Of a stretch of 34,261 nucleotides of DNA, positions 16,665 through 22,318 are shown piece by piece. Both the position numbers and the translations under genes were made by a program. Positions within the stretch are counted from its first letter, which is position 1. Every line of letters begins with the position of its first letter. Source of the DNA: Minisyncoccota bacterium (GTDB lineage: Bacteria; Patescibacteriota; Minisyncoccia; 2-02-FULL-40-12; IGHO2-01-FULL-4-A); the NCBI GenBank assembly GCA_040881175.1, contig JBBEDS010000006.1:1-34261 (forward strand). Direction: 5' to 3'. A model generated the notes under the pieces. That model was given only the letters and a program-made list of their open reading frames with translations. It was not told the origin of the DNA and did no database searches.

Positions 16665-17915
16665 ATGTATAAAGAGAATAAATTATTGAACAAACTATTG
16701 GATTTGGGCAGGAAGATAATTCCTAAGCCCGTTTTTAAATTTGCTCAGCCGAAATATCACTGGATGCTATCCATGATCGGCGCGATAGTCTACGGATTTC
16801 CGTCCAAGTCGATGGCAGTGATAGGGGTCACCGGTACCAAAGGCAAGTCGACGGTAGTGCATATGGTCAGTAAAATACTGGAGGATCAGGGACAGTCGGT
16901 CGCGGCTATCGGGTCTCTTGGATTTAAGATAAAAGATAAGACTTGGCCGAATACCTTGAAGATGACTTTGCCGGGAAGATTTAAACTTCAGAACTTTCTT
17001 TCAAGGGCAAAGAGAGCGGGTATTGAGTACGTTGTACTTGAGGCGACATCTGAGGGTATTGCCCAGAATCGCCTTGTCGGCATTGATCTAGACTGTGCCG
17101 TTTTTACGAATCTCCATCGGGAGCATTTGGAAAGCCACGGCTCCTTCGAGAATTATATGAATGCCAAAAGAAAACTATTTGCCAAAACCAAAGGCAGACA
17201 TGTTTTAAATATTGACGATTCTAACTTTGAAAAGTTTGCCAACTATCAGGCAAGACATAAGATCACTTACGGGTTGGAATGGGGTATGCTCACTCCTACT
17301 AATTTAAGAGCTAAGAGAGAAGACCTGAATTTAAAAATTATCGGCGATTTCAATATACGAAATGCACTTGCGGCTTTGGGTGTTGCTTATGCTTATAACC
17401 TGAATATGGATGAAGCTGTTGCTTCGCTCAATGCCATAGAATCCATTCCGGGCAGGATGGAAGTTTTTGAATCGAAAAAAGATTTTAAAGTCATCGTTGA
17501 TTATGCCCACACTCCAGATTCTCTCGAGGCCGTATACAAAAATTTAAAACCGGATGCCAAGAAATTGATCTGTGTTTTGGGTGCTGCTGGCGGCGGCAGA
17601 GACAAATGGAAGAGGCCGGAGTTTGGGAAAATTGCTTCAAACTATTGTGATAATATAATTCTAACTAATGAGGATCCCTTCGATGAAGACCCGAATGAAA
17701 TTTTAGACCAGGTAGAATCAGGAGTTGCAGATAGCGCAAAGCACGAAAGAATAGTGGATAGAGACGAGGCGATAAAGAAGGCTATATCAAAAGCCGAGGC
17801 TGGAGACATTGTTATCATAACCGGCAAGGGATCTGAAACTTCAATTGCTTTGAGAGGTGGTCAAAAGAAAGAGTGGTCGGACAAAAATGAGGTTTTAAAA
17901 AACTTGCAAGATTAA
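16665..17915 (+). CDS. murE: Mur ligase, MurE-like (UDP-MurNAc-L-Ala-D-Glu:diamino acid ligase) with short N-terminal domain
   Basis: P-loop GVTGTKGKST at about residue 56. EATSEGIAQNRLVGIDLDCAVFTNLHREHLESHGSFENYMNAKRKLF matches the MurE central domain. C-terminal DYAHTPDSL. The DNPR position reads NEDPF. The ATG directly follows the stop of the upstream gene. Confidence 0.8.
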   Translation: MYKENKLLNKLLDLGRKIIPKPVFKFAQPKYHWMLSMIGAIVYGFPSKSMAVIGVTGTKGKSTVVHMVSKILEDQGQSVAAIGSLGFKIKDKTWPNTLKMTLPGRFKLQNFLSRAKRAGIEYVVLEATSEGIAQNRLVGIDLDCAVFTNLHREHLESHGSFENYMNAKRKLFAKTKGRHVLNIDDSNFEKFANYQARHKITYGLEWGMLTPTNLRAKREDLNLKIIGDFNIRNALAALGVAYAYNLNMDEAVASLNAIESIPGRMEVFESKKDFKVIVDYAHTPDSLEAVYKNLKPDAKKLICVLGAAGGGRDKWKRPEFGKIASNYCDNIILTNEDPFDEDPNEILDQVESGVADSAKHERIVDRDEAIKKAISKAEAGDIVIITGKGSETSIALRGGQKKEWSDKNEVLKNLQD

Positions 17916-17931
17916 AAAACTATGGTATATT
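17904..17931 (+). promoter_or_regulatory. Putative promoter of the 63-aa orphan gene (inside the murE 3' end)
   Basis: -35 TTGCAA (17904-17909), 16-nt spacer, extended -10 TGgTATATT (17923-17931). Confidence 0.5.
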
Positions 17932-17967
17932 CCTGTGTAGCTCATTAATTTTGGGAAGGAGTAAAGG

Positions 17968-18159
17968 ATGAGAAAACCGAAACCCAAAGAGACAGAGTTA
18001 GAATGTGCTCGCAAGGTAATGAGAGCTTTACGGGATGCAACCGAATGCGAATTCGGATTCGAGTGCTTTGTCTCACGCTCCAATGTCTTGAAGGCCTATG
18101 AGGCGTATTGTCTGAAGTTCGGCAAGCCGGAAAGGCTGGAGAAAACACACGTTCACTGA
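17968..18159 (+). CDS. Hypothetical small protein (63 aa, 4 Cys, basic N-terminus)
   Basis: Strong SD GGAAGGAG 6-7 nt before ATG 17968. It has its own promoter and a downstream terminator. I recognised no family. Confidence 0.55.
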   Translation: MRKPKPKETELECARKVMRALRDATECEFGFECFVSRSNVLKAYEAYCLKFGKPERLEKTHVH

Positions 18160-18207
18160 CGAGACTGGCATGGGCGTAAAAGAAAGTAGACCATATACTT
18201 TGTAGAT

Positions 18208-18241
18208 CCGGGCGGAATTTTAGCCCGGTCTTTATTTTTTT
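18208..18241 (+). terminator. Rho-independent terminator after the 63-aa gene
   Basis: CCGGGC-GGAATTTTA-GCCCGG (18208-18228) followed by TCTTTATTTTTTT. Confidence 0.65.
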
Positions 18242-18258
18242 AGACTATACTAATGAGC

Positions 18259-18287
18259 TTGACGCAAGTGTCTAATAGGTTTATGTT
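18259..18287 (+). promoter_or_regulatory. Putative promoter of the 156-aa orphan gene
   Basis: -35 TTGACG (18259-18264), 17-nt spacer, -10 TATGTT (18282-18287). Confidence 0.4.
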
Positions 18288-18333
18288 CAGGCTAGTTAGC
18301 TTAGCTGCTTAATAACTAACGAGGGGGCCGTGT

Positions 18334-18804
18334 TTGAGCCAAAAAATCAGTAAACCGTTGGATGCAGTGTTATTCTTCGACGAATGCGTATCCTGCCTTG
18401 AGGAGTGCACAAACGGTTGTGAACGCAACGAGAATATACTGTGCAAACATCGATTTAGATTCAGCTCATACGCTGTTTGCGGCAGGAAGGTCTCTGGCGG
18501 TCTGTCCGACTTTAGGGTCATTCTGAAGTTCATGCACCTGGTTCGCGGCAGAAAACTGCCTGTTACCATCTCTCCTTCGACTAAGCTCATTCTAGTCACC
18601 AGAGACAAACGTTTTCTGACTTCTGCTTCAAGGCAGTCCAAGACCAAGAAGGGTTCTTTGCTCGATTTCGATCATAAGAAAAGAATGGTCAGCTGGGGCG
18701 ACACCACAGTTTCTCTACTCTTCGTAAGATGCAAGAATCCCGCCGGCAGTGTGCACGTTGACCTCAGATGTATAATCCGAGAGCTTAACGAGCTCTTTGA
18801 GTAA
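18334..18804 (+). CDS. Hypothetical Cys-rich protein (156 aa) with PIN-like (DUF5615/Mut7-C-type) motif spacing; TTG start
   Basis: SD GAGGGGG (18321-18327) lies 6 nt before TTG 18334, and a terminator follows the stop directly. Motifs in order: VLFFDEC (acidic, N-terminal), CxxCxxxCxxxC (C18/C21/C25/C29), GGLSDFRVIL, and LILVTRDKRF. The fold assignment is a weak by-eye call. Confidence 0.5.
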   Translation: MSQKISKPLDAVLFFDECVSCLEECTNGCERNENILCKHRFRFSSYAVCGRKVSGGLSDFRVILKFMHLVRGRKLPVTISPSTKLILVTRDKRFLTSASRQSKTKKGSLLDFDHKKRMVSWGDTTVSLLFVRCKNPAGSVHVDLRCIIRELNELFE

Positions 18805-18809
18805 GTCAT

Positions 18810-18836
18810 AGTTCCCCGCCAAGGGGAGCTTTTTTA
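18810..18836 (+). terminator. Rho-independent terminator after the 156-aa gene
   Basis: AGTTCCCC-GCCAA-GGGGAGCT (8-bp stem with one G-U) followed by TTTTT. Confidence 0.7.
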
Positions 18837-18864
18837 CGATAAGTTGGAAAAAAATATATAAATC

Positions 18865-19323
18865 ATGCTATTATCTAAATATATGGAAGGCGACAGCAAG
18901 CCAGGAGCCGCTATATGGCTTTTAATAATAATTGTTCTTGTCGGCTTTGCCGCCGCTTTAACGTACTTCGGAAAAGTTAATCCGAATTCCAATACGGCCA
19001 TCGACAACTCTTTCGCCAAGCCTACTGTTAGCAGGCAGGCAAGAGTTTACACGGTCTACTATGGATTTGGAGTTTTCAGCCCGACCAATATACGGGTACA
19101 CATTGGCGACAGTGTCAGATTCCAAAATGACGGCAGTCTCCCCATACGGATAGTTTCCAGCACAATTAACGGAGTACCGGAACTTCCCGGCTTTGATAGC
19201 GTGGGGGATGTTCCATCAGACGGCGCTTTCACATATACTTTTAATAAGGATGGTATTTTCGGATACCACAATGCTAATAACTTAGCAGAAGAGGGCACGG
19301 TAATTGTTAGACCCCAGTATTAA
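18865..19323 (+). CDS. Membrane-anchored cupredoxin-like (plastocyanin-fold) domain protein
   Basis: N-terminal TM AAIWLLIIIVLVGFAAAL. The C-terminal domain FSPTNIRVHIGDSVRFQNDG...FDSVGDVPSDGAFTYTFNKDGIFGYHNANN..GTVIVRP follows the cupredoxin beta-sandwich pattern. The domain contains no Cys. The start could instead be ATG 18883. Confidence 0.6.
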   Translation: MLLSKYMEGDSKPGAAIWLLIIIVLVGFAAALTYFGKVNPNSNTAIDNSFAKPTVSRQARVYTVYYGFGVFSPTNIRVHIGDSVRFQNDGSLPIRIVSSTINGVPELPGFDSVGDVPSDGAFTYTFNKDGIFGYHNANNLAEEGTVIVRPQY

Positions 19324-19363
19324 ATATATTTGATACGCAGATCTGCAATTATCGAAAATAAAA

Positions 19364-19648
19364 ATGAAAAATCCGTTGACAGTGACAATAGAGTCGAAGA
19401 TGGCAGCGATAATGGTTCTGCTTTTTTCAATTTTCTTGATAGGGCTACTCATGATAGCGATAAAGAATTTCAATACTGAGACTGAAATCTTGGGTGCTCA
19501 GGACCAGAATATTTTGAAGACGGTTTCGCCGCAAGAAAGATCATTGATTAACGAATGGCTTAGCGGCAGTGATACAGGACTGTCTGTTGAAGACGTAGGC
19601 TATCGCTACATAATCAAGAACTTTCCTGATAAGCCCTGGGCTAAATAG
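19364..19648 (+). CDS. Hypothetical single-pass membrane protein (94 aa)
   Basis: N-terminal TM MAAIMVLLFSIFLIGLLMIAI followed by a soluble tail. I recognised no family. Confidence 0.5.
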   Translation: MKNPLTVTIESKMAAIMVLLFSIFLIGLLMIAIKNFNTETEILGAQDQNILKTVSPQERSLINEWLSGSDTGLSVEDVGYRYIIKNFPDKPWAK

Positions 19649-19661
19649 CTAGCTCCTCTTG

Positions 19662-20498
19662 ATGGCCAAAATAGTTTTTAAATGGAATCTCTTTTTTAGG
19701 ATATTGACGCTCTTTGCGATAGCTCAGGCGGCCGGTATTTATGCCGCTTATAGGCTTTTGCCTGAGTTGGAATTTGTTCAGCCGGGTCGCGTAAGCGATT
19801 TTAATTTTTATGACTTGCTTTTTCTGGCCGGTTTTATCGTCATATTCGTACTGCTCATTAAAAGATTCAGAAAGGCCGGCTCAGTTTTCTTTCGGGTATT
19901 TCTAGCTCTGATAATTTTTGCCGGAGCTCAGGCTTTTCTCAGTATTTGGTTCGGGCCGAATATATCGGTTCTTATAACCATAGCTCTGATATTCTTGTTC
20001 TGGTTTTTTAATAACGTTTTCATTCAAGACCTGATCATGCTTCTGACTTTCGCCGGCATTGGTGCCGTGTTGGGGCTGTCTCTTACCCCGACGGCCGTCG
20101 TGCTGATTCTGGTAGGATTTTCTTTCTATGATATTATTGCGGTGTATAAGACGAAGCATATGATAAAGCTTGCGGAAGCAATGATTGAATCGAGGGCCAT
20201 ATTCGGGTTTGTCATTCCAGGTTCTGCTAGGGGGTTGAAGGAGCGTATGTCTAAAGTTGCACCTGGCGATCAGTTCATGATCCTTGGTTCCGGCGATGTA
20301 ATACTGCCGATGCTTCTCTCCGCTTCGCTAGTCCGAGTTTCAATGCTACAATCAGTAATTGTTGCAGCTTTTTCACTTTTAGGACTTTTATTAATGCATT
20401 TAATTTTCACTAACCAAAAGATCCGTCGGCCGATGGCTGCCCTTCCGCCGATTGCGATGTTGACCGTCATAGGATATTTGGTTGCGATATTTTTCTAA
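19662..20498 (+). CDS. Presenilin/signal-peptide-peptidase-like intramembrane aspartyl protease (peptidase A22, archaeal PSH/DUF1119 type)
   Basis: Polytopic, about 8-9 TM segments. YD motif in FSFYDIIAVYKTKHMIKLAE (codons at 20127-20132). GxGD motif in MILGSGDVILP (20286-20297). C-terminal PAL-like AALPPIAM. ATG 19662 directly follows an in-frame TTG at 19659. Confidence 0.7.
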   Translation: MAKIVFKWNLFFRILTLFAIAQAAGIYAAYRLLPELEFVQPGRVSDFNFYDLLFLAGFIVIFVLLIKRFRKAGSVFFRVFLALIIFAGAQAFLSIWFGPNISVLITIALIFLFWFFNNVFIQDLIMLLTFAGIGAVLGLSLTPTAVVLILVGFSFYDIIAVYKTKHMIKLAEAMIESRAIFGFVIPGSARGLKERMSKVAPGDQFMILGSGDVILPMLLSASLVRVSMLQSVIVAAFSLLGLLLMHLIFTNQKIRRPMAALPPIAMLTVIGYLVAIFF

Positions 20499-21896
20499 AT
20501 GAAGATAACTTTTTACGGTGGTGCCCGTCTGGTGACCGGTGCCAACTACTTGCTCGATCTTGGAAGCGCAAAACTCTTGGTTGATTGCGGTTTAAACCAG
20601 GGAACTAAATATGCGGAAGAGATGAACTATCAGGATTTTAAGTATGACCCGAAAGAAATCAAGTTTGTTTTTATCACCCACAGCCATATAGATCACATCG
20701 GACGCCTGCCGAAGTTATATAAAGACGGATTTAGAGGCAAGGTATATGCCACTACGGCGACCAGAGACCTGATGGAGATAGCTTTGCCGGATAACATGGG
20801 GCACATTGAGAGAGAGGCAAAAGATATGGGGCATGAGGCGTTATTCAGCAAGGAAGATATGAAGGGCATTTTGTCTCAGGTTGAGGGCTTGCACTACAAT
20901 CAGGTAGTTGAACTCGTTCCTCCGAAAGACGGCCAAGGCGCTGTTAGAGCTATTTTGCATGATGCCGGGCATATTCTCGGTTCAACAATCGTCGAGATAT
21001 TGTGGGAGGAGAACGGAGTCGTGAAGAAAATATATTTCTCCGGAGATTTGGGCAATCCGCCGACTCCGCTTTTGAAGCCGACCGTGAAAGTTAAAGATGC
21101 TGACTACATAGTCGTCGAGTCGGCCTATGGTGATCGAGTTCACGAAGAAAGAACTGAGAGGAGAAGCAAGCTGACAAGGATAATTAAGGAAACTATAAAT
21201 CGCGGTGGAGTTTTGATGATTCCTTCCTTCGCCGTTGAGCGTACCCAGGAACTCTTATTCGAATTGAATGAAATGTTCAAGAAGAAAGAGATCCCAGAAG
21301 TGCCAGTTTTCATAGACAGCCCCCTAGCAATTAAAATGACCAGCGTCTACAAGAAACATTCGGAATATTTCAACAAGGAGGCAATGTATATTATTGAATC
21401 TGGTGATGATGTTTTCCATTTCCCTAATCTAAAGATGACATCCTCAACTGATCAGTCGAAGCAGATCAACGATGTGCCAGCCCCGAAGATCATCATAGCC
21501 GGTTCGGGCATGAGCCAGGGCGGTAGAATTTTGCATCATGAACGCAGATATCTATCTGATCCGAAAAGTACAATCCTTTTCGTTGGCTATCAAGTTGATG
21601 GCAGCTTGGGCAGGCGTATTCAGAGGGGAGAGAAGGTAGTTAAGATTTTCGGCGATTCTATTTCTGTTAATTGCGAGATAGAGACCGTGAGCAGCTATTC
21701 TGCTCATGCCGACCAGCCGGCTTTGCTCAAATGGATATCGGCTTCAACTAAAGAAGAGGGTGGTGAAGGTAATCTGAAAAAAGTCTTTGTTGTTCAGGGT
21801 GAAGAAGAGGCGGCTAAAACTTTGGCTAATCTGGTACACGACCGATACGGAGTAGATGCGGTGGCACCTGTTGAAGACGAAAGTTTCGAGCTTTGA
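20499..21896 (+). CDS. MBL-fold metallo-hydrolase, beta-CASP family ribonuclease (CPSF73/RNase J-like)
   Basis: HxHxDH motif in FITHSHIDHIGRLP, DAGHILGS, ESAYGDR, and the C-terminal SYSAHAD. The ATG directly abuts the TAA of the presenilin-like gene. Confidence 0.85.
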   Translation: MKITFYGGARLVTGANYLLDLGSAKLLVDCGLNQGTKYAEEMNYQDFKYDPKEIKFVFITHSHIDHIGRLPKLYKDGFRGKVYATTATRDLMEIALPDNMGHIEREAKDMGHEALFSKEDMKGILSQVEGLHYNQVVELVPPKDGQGAVRAILHDAGHILGSTIVEILWEENGVVKKIYFSGDLGNPPTPLLKPTVKVKDADYIVVESAYGDRVHEERTERRSKLTRIIKETINRGGVLMIPSFAVERTQELLFELNEMFKKKEIPEVPVFIDSPLAIKMTSVYKKHSEYFNKEAMYIIESGDDVFHFPNLKMTSSTDQSKQINDVPAPKIIIAGSGMSQGGRILHHERRYLSDPKSTILFVGYQVDGSLGRRIQRGEKVVKIFGDSISVNCEIETVSSYSAHADQPALLKWISASTKEEGGEGNLKKVFVVQGEEEAAKTLANLVHDRYGVDAVAPVEDESFEL

Positions 21897-21897
21897 T

Positions 21898-21926
21898 TTG
21901 ACGTTTCGGTTCGGCGGAGCTTTAAT
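21898..21926 (+). promoter_or_regulatory. Possible promoter for the 90-aa membrane protein gene
   Basis: -35 TTGACG (21898-21903), 17-nt spacer, -10 TTTAAT (21921-21926). The leader carries SD ACGGAGGG. Confidence 0.35.
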
Positions 21927-21967
21927 TAGAACAATAAGATTTTTCACAATAACAACGGAGGGCCATC

Positions 21968-22240
21968 ATGGATGCCAAGGGTATATTCCTATCTCTTCAG
22001 CTACTGGATATTTTAACCACCATCTCTTTCCTATCGCTGGGTATCCAAGAAATGAACCTGGTAGTCAAATGGTTCATGGAGAATGTTGGTACCCTAGAAG
22101 GTCTTCTGTTGATCAAGCTATTCGCTTTCGTACTTTTCATCGTGGCCGTGTTGTTTAAGAAAGATAAGGTCATTGTCAGGGCAAATTATTTTTATGCCGT
22201 TCTCGTATCCTGGAACCTGTTCTGCATATATGTTGGATGA
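21968..22240 (+). CDS. Small membrane protein, DUF5658-like
   Basis: 90 aa, 3 TM segments. LQLLDILTTISFLSLGIQEMNLVVKWF resembles the DUF5658 pattern (D..T.....G..E.N). Good SD. Preferred over the overlapping ORF 21856..22158. Confidence 0.5.
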   Translation: MDAKGIFLSLQLLDILTTISFLSLGIQEMNLVVKWFMENVGTLEGLLLIKLFAFVLFIVAVLFKKDKVIVRANYFYAVLVSWNLFCIYVG

Positions 22241-22280
22241 AAAATCTACAATCACAACCTCATAGCCACCGGCCGCGGGG

Positions 22281-22309
22281 TTGATTTTTTCTAGAATTCC
22301 TGTTATTAT
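22281..22309 (+). promoter_or_regulatory. Putative lon promoter (leaderless-type spacing)
   Basis: -35 TTGATT (22281-22286), 17-nt spacer, extended -10 TGtTATTAT (22301-22309), 9 nt to ATG 22319. No SD. Confidence 0.4.
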
Positions 22310-22318
22310 ATTTTCTCA

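Noticed and set aside
17895-18148. Minus-strand ORFs (62 and 67 aa) overlapping the 63-aa orphan gene
   Set aside because: They have no ribosome-binding site or promoter. The plus-strand ORF has a strong SD, an extended -10 promoter and a terminator.
18309-18647. 112-aa minus-strand ORF antisense to the 156-aa orphan gene
   Set aside because: It has no SD, promoter or terminator in the appropriate positions. The plus-strand ORF has all three and extends to a terminator right after its stop.
21856-22158. 100-aa ORF spanning the end of the beta-CASP gene and the start of the DUF5658-like gene
   Set aside because: It overlaps two better-supported genes and has no SD. The 21968..22240 frame has an SD (ACGGAGGG) and three TM helices.
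22250-22290. Imperfect hairpin (AATCA-CAACC ... GGTTGATT) with T-run after the DUF5658-like gene
   Set aside because: The stem is bulged and the loop is about 19 nt. It is plausible as a weak terminator but not well enough supported to list as a feature.
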